NCBI GenBank assembly: GCA_951406725.2
Contig: OX597822.1
Span: 72,974,001-73,038,000, forward strand
Origin: Octopus vulgaris
Lineage: Eukaryota
Direction: 5' to 3'
DNA length: 64,000 bases
The translations under genes and the position numbers were made by a program. This document shows positions 30,172 through 45,386 of this stretch, one piece after another. Each line of letters opens with the position of its first letter. The stretch's first letter is position 1. The notes beneath the pieces were generated by a model. That model saw only the letters and a program-made list of their open reading frames with translations, did not search any database and was not told the DNA's origin.

Positions 30172-30351
30172 CCTTTCTACTATAGACACAAGACCTGAAA
30201 TTTGGGGGAAGGGGATAGTTGATTACATCGATCCCAGTACTCAACTAGTACTTAATTTATCGACGTCGAAAGGATGAAAGGCAAAGTCGACCTCGGCGGA
30301 ATTTGAAATAACAACAACAACAACAACAAAAACAATAACAACAGCAACAAC

Positions 30352-30706
30352 AAGAGCACTCAGACAAGGCAAACCTCCGCCAAGGCAACATTAACATCCT
30401 CTCAACGATTAGCCAAAGATGATTTTTAAAATGAGAATATCTGAGATAAACTCGACTGCTCTCACAAACGAGAATACTAAAAATGAAAATTAAGTAAAAA
30501 AAAAAAAAAAAACAGGAAAAATAATCCAGAATTCTTGTTTGGTACTGGATCAATTGCCAAATCTAATCAGTTCCTGCCAGTTACGAGGTCAAACATCTCT
30601 GAAAGTTTCATCCGAATCCATCTAGCGGTTCTTGAGATATCCTGTCCACGGACAAACAAACACGACTGAAAAACAATACCTCCACCTTCGCTAAGGCGGA
30701 GGTAAT
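30352..30706 (-). mobile_element. Helentron-associated non-autonomous element, copy 2
   Basis: Reverse complement of 16302-16646; termini aagagcactcag..acctccgccaaggc and aaggcggaggtaat. Confidence 0.75.
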
Positions 30707-33053
30707 AATAATAACAATACTTTTTCATATTCTATCACTACACCAGCAGTTTTTGGGAGGTAGGGTAGTAGATAAAAAAACCATCCCAGTCCCAAGTGGT
30801 ACTTATTTTATTGAAACCAAAATGGCGAATGACAAACTCGACTTCGGCGAGATTCCAAATGAGAAGGTAGAGACAGAAGAAACAGCCCTAAGCATTTTGT
30901 CCGATGATCCAACGATTCTACCAGTTCCACTAAAATGTAACCTCTCTTCATTAAAATGCAACCAAATACGAGTTTACATTTGGCTATAATTATAAATCCT
31001 TGTATAACATACGATAGATATTTGAAAAGCATCAATATGGCAGCTATAATATTGCATACATAAAGATAAAAATAAAAATACATTATCATCTCCACAAACT
31101 GGTTTTAGGCAGAATTTTATAAATCTTTCTAAGAAATATTTCATTGAATTTTTAATAAATCAAAAGTATAATGTAAAACGTGGTAATTAAAGACATCGCA
31201 TAGAATTGGAGGATGATATGTTTAACAATTGCGGAATGACACTGTCGCCTAGATAAACTAGCTAAGTGATTAAGCTATATCGGCTCCCGATCAAAAGTTT
31301 GTGATTTCGATTCCCGCCGACGCACTGTATCTCCGAGCAAGACAAAACGACTGCACAGGTTTTTTATGGATTTACCTTCTGTGTGTGCGCGTGTGTGTGA
31401 CAGATTTCCACACGTTCTCTTTCTGTTAAATCCATTTATAAGATATTGGTCGGCCGGGGCTGTACTGAAGACACTTTCTCAAAACGCCAGTCGACGGGAC
31501 TGATAAGAAAATAAGGATTGCCACATTATAAAGATTATTTCTTTTGGAGTTCAAATTCGTCCGAGGTCGACTTTGCTTTCATCACCTTTCGGGGTGAGCG
31601 CTGGGGTCGATGTAATAGACTTACTCAGCCCAGAAATTGCTGGCCTTTTGCCATAATTTGAAACCAAAATTATGATTCTTTCTTGGCTATGATGTTGTAC
31701 AAGTTTAAACTTTTTAGACCATTTCATTTTTATTAAACATAACAATTCATCCTTTCTCGAAGCATCCACCAGGTGTCCTACTCCATACTATAAAAGAGGT
31801 ACTGCTTTAAAGAACATACTTTTGCAGATAAAGCACAATCTAAAAAAGATTCATTGGTAGAGATACAGTGCAAAGCTAATACGAGATATAATCAAGTAAG
31901 CACCCAGTCGATATCTTAACATTGTAATTGTATAGCAATGTACTTCTCGAGTAACCCTGAATATCAGTGTGTCAAGCAGTTTTTCAACGGAGCTAAGGTT
32001 TCCTTGACCCTAATATATTTAATAGAGGCTTATACTTCATACAAATTTGCATTGCATCCCTTAAAGTTGAGAACAAGTGCTGATCTAAGAAATCCTTATC
32101 GGAATAGAATAAACGAAAGCTAAAGCAAACGAAAACAGACAAGTTAAGAACAAAGCGTATCTAAGCAAAATGTATATCTACTCACAATCTGTTTTATAGG
32201 TGGAAAGCGTTTCATATCGACGTTCAAACTATCAACTCAGGAATGTCGTTCTTTAATATGTTATCATCCTTTGAACTTTTATTTACATTAAATAGAAAAG
32301 TGTTAAAAATCTTTATTGTTTTGCCAATCTAGTAACACATCATGCTCAAAAATAATTCCTGTAAACATAGATTTATGTAAAACACAATATTAATAATTCC
32401 GGACTGAAACACAAATCCAAGCTTTGCGCGCAATAAAATATTTTCACACATTGGAATTTTAACGTGTTTTGTTATAAGTTATTTTATGTATTTATATATA
32501 TTTCTACTAAAAAGTAAATTGTATCGCTTTTTCCCTTCATCTTTCAATTTAGAAATCTAATTCCTTTTTAATAATTAAGGGAAAAAACTTCTTGAGATGC
32601 ATATAGTTTTACTATGGAAATAAGTAGCTATTTTATTAATTCAAGTGTAATTTATCTGGCAAGACGTTAATATTTTTTGTTAATTTTAGAACTATATTAA
32701 AAGTTACTAAATGATATTGTTGTCAGTTCAAATAAAATCGTGATGTCTTCATACCCATTCAAATACCCAGACCTCAGAGGAAACAGTTTTATCAGGTCAA
32801 TTAAAAATTGCTTCAAAACGAAGCTAGGATCATGCTATAAAATAGATACATCAAGTATGTTTAGAGTACGACACGTTGACAACTCCATACAGGGTTCAAA
32901 CGGCATTATCTCCGATGTTGCTCTGTCGATATTTAACTATTATAACACCTAACTATTCTCTCTTGTAATTCTAAGACATATTACCTCGATAAAGTAAGCA
33001 AAATATATGTCAGTATTTTAATGACTGATTCACCTATTTCTATATTCTCCTAT

Positions 33054-33433
33054 GGAGGTACAATGGCCCAGTGGTTAGAGCAGCGGACTCGCGGTCGTGG
33101 GATCGCGGTTTCGTTTCTCAGACCGGGAATTGTGAGTGTTTACTGAGCGGAAAGACCTAAAGCCCCACGAGGCTCCGGCAGGGGTTGGTGAGCCCTGCTG
33201 TACTCTATCATCACAACTTTCTCTCACTCTTTCTTCCTGTTTCTGTTGTACCTGTATTTCAAAGGGCCACCCTTGTCACACACTCTGTCGAGCTGAATCT
33301 CCCCGAGAACTACGTTAAGGGTACACGTGTATGTGGAGTGCTCAGCCACTTACACGTTAATTGCACGAGCAGGCCGTTCCGTTGATCGGATCAACTGGAA
33401 CCCTCGTCATCGTAACCGACGGAGTGCCACAAC
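33054..33433 (+). mobile_element. tRNA(Arg-like)-headed SINE, tail type 3
   Basis: Same head and body as 20043; distinct tail ending gacggagtgccacaaca. Confidence 0.85.
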
Positions 33434-33848
33434 ACATCTCCTGTTTACTTTGTCAAAAGAAATCGGTTGTAGAAAGCCTTACATACTTCGTTTTATTAGT
33501 TTGTCGGAGGAGCTACCAACGCTGTCAGTAACCTTTATATGTAAATAAATTCGCATGTGTTCGTTTAATATAAATAACGATTGGTTACCCCACAACAACC
33601 CCTTCACAGAAAGGACCAGCGAACGACAGCCTCTTTGCTTTAAGCCAGATATACACGGCAGGGTTAAATGTATGCTTACTTAGCGAGCGCATGAAAATTT
33701 ATGCAGAAACGCATTTAGGTATCAATCATCTCATTATTTAAGTTCACTAAAATACATCTCGTGTGAATGCGAGATATGCAAATCAGCAAAATCTTGTCGG
33801 CTTTTCATAGAATTTCATAACTAACAGTCAGCTACTTTTTCGCTCCCG

Positions 33849-33908
<60 letters not shown>

Positions 33909-33994
33909 CTGTCTCAGTCTTTCCGCCTCTCTCTCTCTCTTACGCTCTCTCTCACTTTTTCTGTCATTCTGTCTCAGTCTTTCTGTCTGTCTCT

Positions 33995-34036
<42 letters not shown>

Positions 34037-34156
34037 CTCTCTCTCTCTCCCAGGGGTTAGGGTAGTAGTAGTGTGACTACATGGCTTCAAGCCACGCATA
34101 TCTTCTAGATTTGGTTGTCAATAAATTTAACAGAGAAAGAGAGAGAGAGAAAGATT

Positions 34157-34201
<45 letters not shown>

Positions 34202-35265
34202 AAGAAAGATTGAGAGAAGAAGAGAGAGAGAGATAGAGAACCATGTAGCTTACTCACATGGTCGAATTCCGCAGTGATGTTACGATACGCTTATGAAACA
34301 GACATGAGAATTTATTTAAAAATTGCCATGAACAACTATACAAACGAACACACATTTGCGCATACACGAATGCATACTTATAAGTGTACTATATGTACGT
34401 ACTTACAGACATACGAACATACATATATACACACATATGTATACTTGTGCATATGTGCATATGTGTATGTATATGTATATATACATACATACATACATAT
34501 ATATATATACATGTATATGTGTATAGTTATGTTTTATGCATATACATATGTGTATGTGTTTTACCGATGAATATTGAATTTTTGATAAAAATTGAAATTA
34601 GAATTAGATATAAATTTTGTTTCAAACATATTGGACGTGACTTGTAGAGAATGTTATATTTTCTTAACGAATCCCAATAGGAATTATGAAATAATTTAGA
34701 AGTTTATGAGATTCTGTGATACCCTGAAGGAACTCATTAACATTTATCACCAACCCGAAAGTCATTGCTTACTAAATTAAGGGCTTCTATTTCGTGCTAA
34801 TTTATATATTTAGAAAATAGTTTATGAAATATGGCCTAAAACCAAACAGTTGATATCTATAACGATATATGAGATCATTTACATTTGCAGATGGGATAAC
34901 AGAGCTTCCTTATAAATGTGCGTGCGTGTGTGGTTGTATGCTATAATATCTATTTGATTTATAATTGGATTTATAGCTATCGGTGAATATGCAACTCAAA
35001 TCTGTATTTAAAGCATGGGTAGCAATTTTCTCTTTCCTTCTTTTGAGGTCAATAAAATGACTCACTGAATCACTGGGATCAATAAAATAGTTTTACCCCG
35101 ATTCAAAAGATGTCGCTTTTTGTCCTATGTAAAAAGAAAATCATTATTATTGCGCTTGCAATAACGGAGAGGTCACCTGAAACAAATATCTTGACATGAC
35201 CTATTACGCTCTACTTATGTTCCAAGTTGAAATTCGACCGACTTCTGTTGCTGTGCACTTGTTTC

Positions 35266-35319
<54 letters not shown>

Positions 35320-35333
35320 TATTATCATCATCC

Positions 35334-35364
<31 letters not shown>

Positions 35365-35384
35365 TATCATTATTACTAAATCGG

Positions 35385-36333
<949 letters not shown>

Positions 36334-36390
<57 letters not shown>

Positions 36391-36690
36391 GTTTGACTTT
36401 TGCTTTGTATTTATGCAAGTTGGCTCCAAGTCACTCCCAGGGACCTCAAGAGACAACAAGTTAGAAATTCATGTTGGTGTTATGCCTAGGGTGTCATATA
36501 TATTTTTTTTGCACATAGTGATGTTCTGAGGAATGTTTAAGAAAACAAGAAAATTATGAGATTGTTTTAAAATTTGAAATTACATAGATTGTATTTTACG
36601 TAGGATATGAGCAGTTCCCAATTCTTTTGAATTTCTGCCAGTTAGAGGTTTCCTGATATGTAGCTAGGTAGCAATCAGCCCATTTTCCTA
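36334..36690 (-). mobile_element. R4/Dong-type LINE 3' end in (TAA)n
   Basis: Minus-strand ...LAEIQK...GTAHILRKIQSM*, then 3' UTR, then (TAA)n. Confidence 0.75.
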
Positions 36691-36747
36691 ATCTTCTTCT
36701 TGTTCTTGTTCTTGTTCTTGTTCTTCTTCTTCTTCTTCTTCTTCTTC

Positions 36748-36830
<83 letters not shown>

Positions 36831-36868
36831 GAGTGAGAGAGCAGTTCATGCCATCAAAGTGACACTGG

Positions 36869-36915
<47 letters not shown>

Positions 36916-37415
36916 ATCATCATTGAGTGAGAGAGTAGTGCATGCCATCAAAGTGACACTGGGGTAAAATATACGAAGCCCAATTACTACCCGTCTGATA
37001 AGGGTACACCAGGCACATACATCACAACCATATGTGCGCGACATGGTGATCTCATATCAAGATAAACAGCACATTACCTTGCAGGAGGGGTCCAGTTATA
37101 ATTTTCTTCTGGTCGAGTAGCCCATCCCACTCAAAAGATCCCTGAATAAGGATTGCTTAAGGATGTTGAACGAACCACCTATGTTTCCAAAGGTGAATTA
37201 TCCAAACCTCTAAAAATTATTTTCAACACACAGCTATGATGCTCCCCCATTACCTCTGCTCGTGATCAGAGATGCGCATATCGTCAGCCACTAAGGGACA
37301 TGCTCAACTTGGTTAAGGACAAGCAAATCTGTGGTATTGAGCAGAATATTTGCTGTAGCCCAACTTTTATACCAAGACAAAACACTGTACATGATAACAC
37401 TTCCAATCAATTTTT
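36831..37415. mobile_element. (ATT)n-embedded retroelement 3' fragment with duplicated terminus
   Basis: gagtgagagag.agt.catgccatcaaagtgacactggg at 36831 and at 36925; (att)n on both sides. Confidence 0.55.
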
Positions 37416-37416
37416 A

Positions 37417-37517
<101 letters not shown>

Positions 37518-38043
37518 GTTCGCACGATGGGTTAGCTAAAGCGTTAGAAAGTGGCTAACACATCGTGATATTTGTGCGATAGAGTCCTATAATCAATATA
37601 ATCGGATAAACACCTCTCTCTAAACTCTCCCGAGCTAGAAGCAATTATTATTACCATTAGATCCCCAATCTCACCACGGTCGACTTAGCTTTTCATCTTT
37701 CAGAAGTCTATGAGGTAGATATAAGTTAAATGCTGTATTAAAGTACTACAGTTGGTTTGAATACACACAGCTATGTCAACGATAATCAGTTGTCAGTGGG
37801 GGAGCCTTTATGTGGCCTTCAACCTATAGAAATAGTAACAAAATCTCCCTCGAATCACATCCTACCATATATAATGAAAGGAAGAATATAAAGGATAATA
37901 TATTCCAGGAAAAAAAATGAGATTGTAACATTTCTGATCCCTTTGATCTAAGGTCTATCTCGGAGTTAACTTGTTATACTTGATCGTTTTGTCAATATGC
38001 CTTTGCCAAAATGCATCAGAGACACGGATCATCTTAAAATATT

Positions 38044-38126
<83 letters not shown>

Positions 38127-38722
38127 TCGTGTAGGAGAGCTTGACTCTTCTAATCATATAATCCATTGACTTAATATATTCCCTCACCTTGAACGTTATG
38201 TTACTATAATTGCTGTGATATTTCTGATTCTGATGATGATGATCATCATGATCATGATCATGATCATGGTGATGGTGAGGATTTGGCAGGATATGAATAA
38301 TTCAAAATGACAACTACATGCAGAAATAAAATCAAATGTTACGAGAAGGATACTAATATGTAAATGCAATCTTTCCTCTCTGAATCAATCAAGAGGTATG
38401 TACACCGGAAGCTAATCTTTCTTACAAGACCTTCTCTGCACCTGTCAGTCACATGTTGCATTACTCGGCATATATCTCCGATATTCACCCTCAGAACATA
38501 GTTTGGGGATTAGCAGGGCGGTCAATAGCTCCATAAAGATAACACTTCAAAGAAAAGAAATTACAGAATAATTATTAACGGATGAACAAATAATTAACTC
38601 GTAACACTCCCTTGACTTTCTGGACATACAAGCTTGCTACGATTATATCCTTGCGTATTATCGTTAATAGTTCCTTTTCCCCAGCTCTCCCTCCCTCTTT
38701 CTCTCTCTCTCTCTCTCTCTCG

Positions 38723-38757
<35 letters not shown>

Positions 38758-38851
38758 CATGAACACAAGACACATATATACATATATATACATACCTACA
38801 TATATATATACCTACATACACACTCACACATACACTCGCACACACACACGA

Positions 38852-38888
<37 letters not shown>

Positions 38889-40519
38889 CACACACATATA
38901 CATACATACATACATACATACATACATACATACATACATACATACATACATACATACATACATTTCCCCACTTGGATAAACCATTATGTGGACATTGCTC
39001 ATATAAGCGAAACAGTATACTGTATCATTTCTTAATCTTCTTAAAATTTACATATTCCTCGAATTAACCTACTTTTCCTCCTACCTTCCTTCTTCCTAAT
39101 CCTCTTCCTCACCCTCCCCTACTACTACTACTCCTACCACTACTGTTGCTACTGCTACAGCTACTGCCATTCATACAGTTTTTTGTTTTCCCTGAAGTTA
39201 CAAGCTGGACATATTTCGTAAACATTCTTTAGGCCAAGTCCTTATAAAACCTTCATAGATACGACCAAACAACCAACATGTTCCCTCTAATGCGTTATTT
39301 TGTCCATTGAGAAATTCAACGAATATGGATTATATTTTTATCTACTTGAAGCATATCTCAGTTATGAAGGTTATGTATTGTTTGTCTACTCCACATAACA
39401 AAACCATCAATAACCCTTCTTTTATTTTTGCTTACAGCTCTTTTGATAAAGCCGATACTTAAAACTTAGGTGTCGGTTGTTCTTTGATTATGTTTTCTGC
39501 CATTTTGAAATTGTATATTTTCCTTCTTTTTTTTTGTTTATTGCTGATTATCAAAACTACAAATTCCCGATTGTTATAAAATGCAGCTATCCCAGCATTT
39601 CATTGCATATTTTCGATATTCTCCAGTAATTATTCCATAAAATGCTCAACACTAAATTCTATGTTTTATAAAAAATGCCGTTCTCAATACTTCTCAATCA
39701 ATACTTAGCGAATTTCCAAGATTGTAGAAACTGCATCATAGCTAAATTTGTGGTTATGTGATGTTGACGTTCGCTGACGAAACGAACTATTGATCAATTG
39801 ACAAACCCAAAATATTTCATATATATTTTCAAATATATATATATATATATATATATACGGGAGTGTGTGATTGTGTATAGAAGAATATATTAATAAAAGG
39901 AATTCCAACCTTGTCCGATTTTCACATTTTATTTACGATCTTATAATGATATAATATAATATAATAAAATAAAATAATAGAATGTTAAATGTTCATTCTG
40001 ATTAAATGTTCATTCATTTCATGCATTAAATTTTGCAATCTTCAGGTTCATGTAGTAGTGGTGACAGTCATGCTTCACAATTTTTTACTGTAGCGAGATG
40101 ATTAAATCTGTGCCTTAAATACAGCTGTGTAGGCTCCAGATTGCTAGGTTTTTCAAACTGTATTCTGACCAATCAGTGTGTAGTATCACTCAATTACTTA
40201 AGCTGATTGGTTTAGGCGTCACGCTTTGTTGAACATGTCAAAATTCCTGTATCTTAATCCTGGCCGAGGCAGCAATTGTTGGGCTATTTTTAGAAATGTT
40301 GTAAATAGCCTTTGTCAGGGATTTTTATATTTCAATTGTCATCATCATCATTGTCAGCACCTTAATTATTGTTGCTAGTGGTGATGGTGGTGGCAATAGA
40401 ACTTTTAACCCTAAATAAGATAATTTTCCTGCTATCTTCATCTTGATCACTTTTAGTATTGCTGTTGTTGTTAGTGGTCATGGTCGTAGCAGTAGAAGTA
40501 GTACCTCTAAGTATTATTA

Positions 40520-40972
40520 TTATTGCTTATTTAGCTTGGGTTCGAATTTATCAATAAAATTATTTTCTCTGATTTTCCTCTCGATTTCGCTTGGGCTGTG
40601 TAATTTGTAGAATGGAAATATTATATATATTTTCTGACCATATGTTGCTAGGTGGTTACTCAAAGGTATCTGACGGACCTCTGGGTCTCTGATCTGTTAT
40701 CGGTGTACACGTGAGCGTTCTGATAGTACACGTGAGCGTTCTGACCTACATATATTTCTTCACAATTTGGGCATTTGATGCAGTAAATTAAATTTCTGCT
40801 TTTGCAGTTCATATTCGCGTTTGTGAATATTTTCCCGGTTTTTGTGTTTATATATTGGCCGGTATGTATGAATTGGCATGTGCCACAACGGCTATCATTG
40901 CATTTAGATACAGTGAATGTTTGGTTTTTGTTGCTAAGGTCAAATTTTGCCTTTGTTAGTAATTTTTTCAGC
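40520..40972 (-). pseudogene. PLE GIY-YIG endonuclease with Cys-rich linker (fragment)
   Basis: LKKLLTKAKF...SKCNDSRCGTCQFI...NMNCKSRNLIYCIKCPNCEEIYVGQ...RVHR*QIRDPEVRQIPLSNH...IFPFYKL...RKIRENNFIDKFEPKLNKQ*. Confidence 0.88.
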
Positions 40973-41035
40973 CTAAAAACTTGAAAAATTTACTAACAGT
41001 CAAAAATTGTGAAGCATGACTGTCACCACTACTAC

Positions 41036-41081
41036 ATGAACCTGAAGATTGCAGAATTTAATGCATAAAAGTACTAGTTCA
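41036..41081 (+). ncRNA. Type I hammerhead ribozyme motif (GAAA mutated to AAAA in this arm)
   Basis: tgaac-CTGAAGA-tgca..tgca-t(a)aaAGTACT-A-gttca; the opposite arm retains gcatGAAA. Confidence 0.65.
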
Positions 41082-41210
41082 ATCAGAATGAACATTTAAC
41101 ATTCTATTATTTTATTTTATTTTATTATAATATATTATATTATATTATATTATATCATTATACGATTGTAAATAAACCGTGAAAATCAGACAAGGTTGGA
41201 ATTCCTTTTA

Positions 41211-41274
<64 letters not shown>

Positions 41275-41309
41275 TATACATATATGTATACATATATATA
41301 TATACACAC

Positions 41310-41374
<65 letters not shown>

Positions 41375-41413
41375 ACGCATACATATATATATATATACAA
41401 ATATATATATATA

Positions 41414-42200
41414 TACACACAACTATGAGAGAGGATCCACTATATGGGCGCTCTTACGCTAGATATAGATCCGCAAAGGGACTCAACCACTAAGAATTGT
41501 TCTCAGGAAATAATTCAACACACCAAGAACGTAAGCGAGCAGGACAAATGAAAAATAACGAAAATAAAGATTAACCCCATACAATTGTTTCAATGTTAAT
41601 AAATTATGTAATTTTATTTACATAAATATTCTCGGATCATCAGTGGAGTACATCATAAAAAATATAATTTGTCGAACTGCACGCCAAATATTAACACGAG
41701 GTCAGAGAGACGAACAATTCGGCCGATTATATTCACAGTTACATTCAAATGCACTCCTTCTGGCGCGCTAAATTCCGGAAATAAATACTGCATAGGTAAT
41801 TTACTGCAGTAGTTTACGCCGGTTTGAGAACATATTAATTTATATGACGTACATTTTTATGACGTACTCCACTGATGATTCAAGGATATTTATGTAAGTA
41901 AAATTACATAATTTATTAACGGTGAAACAATTGTATGGGGATAATCTTTATTTTCGTTATTTTTCATTTGTCCTGCTCGCTTACGTTCTTGGTGTGCTGA
42001 ATTATTTCTTGAGAACAATTCTTAGTGGTTGAGTCCCCTTGCCGATCTATATCTAGCGTAAGAGCGTCCATATAGTGGATTCTCTCTCATACTTGTGTAT
42101 TAATAATATTTACTGAATCTCAGTATTTTATAAGCTAGGCCACTGGTGTTTAAATTTGATGTTATTAAATTAATATCCAATTTTTTCACCCTCATTTTGA

Positions 42201-42205
<5 letters not shown>
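41414..42205 (+). mobile_element. Fold-back PLE pLTR element
   Basis: About 245-bp inverted arms at 41414-41663 and 41852-42100; (TA)n flanks; HHR in the arms. Confidence 0.85.
41866..41941 (+). ncRNA. Type I hammerhead ribozyme, extended stem II
   Basis: ctcca-CTGATGA-(hairpin ttatgtaa/ttacataa)-GAAAC-aatt-GTA-tgggg. Confidence 0.75.
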
Positions 42206-42249
<44 letters not shown>

Positions 42250-42257
<8 letters not shown>

Positions 42258-42680
42258 ATAAGGGTGGAAAGGAACACACGAGTTGATATATATGAAAAAA
42301 CAAGTCAAACATAGAAAATGCTAAGATAATTTTATAGTGAATCTTTCAGTACCGGTTTCGGTCATTTTGAGACCTTTTCAACTGTAACGATTAAATAATT
42401 AAATTTAGAAAAATTAGAAGAAAAGTTTTTTTAAAAGAATATTTCTGTAGTAGTGTTCAGATATAAGTAGCATTCTGCCTTTCTCTGACTCCCTTGTCTG
42501 CACATCTGAACACTACTACAGAAATATTCTTTTAAAAAAACTTTTCTTCTAATTTTTCTAAATTTAATTATTTAATCGTTACAGTTGAAAAGGTCTCAAA
42601 ATGACCGAAACCGGTACTGAAAGATTCACTATAAAATTATCTTAGCATTTTCTATTTTTGACTTGTTTTTTCATATATAT
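42250..42680 (-). mobile_element. Near-perfect fold-back PLE pLTR element
   Basis: Arms at 42286-42462 and 42504-42680 with about one mismatch seen; 41-bp spacer; (TA)n flanks. Confidence 0.9.
42581..42620 (+). ncRNA. Type I hammerhead ribozyme, U3-A8 core variant
   Basis: cag-TTGAAAA-ggtc..gacc-GAAAC-cg-GTA-ctg. Confidence 0.75.
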
Positions 42681-42691
42681 ATATATATATA

Positions 42692-42807
<116 letters not shown>

Positions 42808-42895
42808 TACATATATATATATTTACATATATATACATATACATACATATATATACATACAAATATATATACATATACATATATACATATACATA

Positions 42896-42946
<51 letters not shown>

Positions 42947-43154
42947 ATATAGATATATTGATATAGATATAGATATAGATATATTCCACATATCCATATA
43001 TATTTTCACAAAACTCTCTTCATCCATCCCCTCCAATTTCGAATAAGAATGAAGTTTGATGGAACAGGAATAATTTCCATCTGTATATGATGTATTATTT
43101 GAATTCATCACCAATAAAATAAACTGCTATAATTGTTCGAAGAGATCAAAAAGA

Positions 43155-43365
43155 CGGCGGCGAGCTGGCAGAATCGTTACTACTGTTGGCTAAGTGCTTA
43201 GCGGTATATCGTGCGTCTTTCCATTCTGAGTTCAAATTCCGATGAGGTCTCTTTTGCTTTTCATCATTTCGGCGTTGATAAAATAAGTACCAGTTAAACA
43301 CTGAGGTCGACGTAATCGACTTACGCACTCTCCCGAAATTAATGGCCTAATGCCAATATTTGAAA
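43155..43365 (+). mobile_element. Meta-core tRNA-SINE
   Basis: ggcggcgagctggcagaatcgtta...gagttcaaattcc...gataaaataagtaccagtt. Confidence 0.8.
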
Positions 43366-44612
43366 CCAGTAAGTAGAGGGGAGAAGGCATCGGAGATGTG
43401 ATGCATATTCTACGCGCAGATAAATGTTTTCGAGAAACCGTTAAAATACAAGTTGGCAAAAAAAATTGAATGTTATTTTAGGAGGTTTAGAATTAAATTT
43501 AAGAAACAATAACATAAAATGCAGATTCTTCTCCAATTTCTCACTGAAGAATCATGTCTTTTCAAAACAAAAAAGAAAAACTTTCTATTTCAGTAGTGAA
43601 ATGCTAAAAAACGAATTGACAAAGAAAATCAGAGGTTGTTTTGGGAAAGTTCAATATACAATTTGCATATGAGTAAAATTTGCATATGACTAAATAAATG
43701 ATTATTCCAATAATAATCATGATAATGAATAATTATAATTATGAAAAAGAAAGTGAACGAAATGAAATACTTATAGAAAATATTGCATACAATTTGAGAA
43801 GTGTTTTGAACGCTTTTCAATGATGGCAGGTGATCAAAATTACTGTAGTTCATTGTAGGATATAAACAATATCACCACTTGCTTATTGAGAAATTTGTAA
43901 GTTGGAATTATTTATAATTTTTTTTTTCAAAATTATCAAAATTTATACTCCGGTGAAATTACGAAATCAACGAAATAAACGAAACCCTCGAATCCATCAC
44001 TGTACGCACGCAGACACACACACAAAGTTGCATATCTATGTATTTATGCATGTGTGTACCTACACGAGTCTACACGCATAGGTTCACCATGATTTATACA
44101 CTCGCTGAGGAGGGTCGATTCATATGAAAAAGAAAGTGAATAAAATATGACCACTTGCTCATTGGGAAATTTGTAAGTTCGATTAATTTTTTTTTTTTTA
44201 AGTTAACCAAATCAAATTTTCATCATTTCCAGCCACTCACCCAATGAGCATTTCTCCACATTTCATGAAATTTCAGCTGTTTTCCAGTAAATTTGCAAAC
44301 ACACAGACAGACAAAATGAGTGATTACAATGACTTGTCTTCGCTTGCGCGTGCAGAGTAGATATGTATTATAGTACCAATTCCACTCATAATTACCAATT
44401 ATCTTGTCATCTAGAAAACATTAGAATATAGTCGGACAAACTATGTTAGAGGAACCGAGACGGTTAAATTCCGTGCGTCTGAAATAAGTAGCAGTTGAAA
44501 AGTGGAGTTGAAAAGTGGAGTTGGAGTAATCATCTACTCCCCTTCCCCAGGCCATGAATTTTTAGTAGAAGGGATTATTTTCTCTCTCTCTCCCTCTACC
44601 TCTTTCTCTCTC

Positions 44613-44658
<46 letters not shown>

Positions 44659-44917
44659 ACCAGCTACACACACACATATATATATATTCTTTTATTTGTT
44701 TCCTTCATTTGACTGCGACCATACTGGAGCAGCACCTTTAGTCGTACAAATTGACCCCATGACTCATTCTTTGTAAGCCTATTACTTATTCTATCGGATC
44801 CTTTAGTCGAACCGCTAAGTTACGGAGACGTAAACACACCAACAGTGGTTGTCAAGCGATTGTGGGGGAGCAAACAGACACACGAACATACACAGACATA
44901 TATATATATATATATAC

Positions 44918-45336
44918 AAATTGAGATAGGGGTTGTAAGTGCAACCCTCCATGGGATAACATATATCCAATATACTGCTAGTGAAGAACCCAAAAAAGTA
45001 ATACATAAATGTTAAGAATTGCGATGCAATTAATTCATTCACTGTATTATTTGGGCAAAGGTAAAATGTTTTACTACAAATTAATAGTACAAAATAAGAA
45101 AATGGAGAAACACATCTTAATCAATGATCAACTACCAGATAATACCCAATCACATAATTTGTTAAACCACTACATATGAACATTAAGGTCAAACATAATA
45201 ATATAGAACAAAACAATGTACATGAAAGAGTAATATGATACAATAAGTACAGTATGTATAAGTGAATATAAATATATATATGTTCTATATATATAGAACA
45301 TATGTATGTATATTGCTGTATATTATTATTATTATA

Positions 45337-45386
<50 letters not shown>

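Larger units (their letters stand above)
39857..41217 (-). mobile_element. 5'-truncated Penelope-like element (Neptune-type) with inverted pLTRs in (TA)n
   Basis: About 200-bp inverted repeats at 39886-40091 and 40996-41217 enclosing a GIY-YIG remnant; HHR motif in the arms; (TA)n on both sides. Confidence 0.9.

Noticed and set aside
42250-42680. MITE or pre-miRNA interpretation of the palindromes
   Set aside because: One-sided tails, internal HHR motifs and the GIY-YIG-containing relative fit PLE inverted pLTRs better; no transposase-type TIR/TSD.
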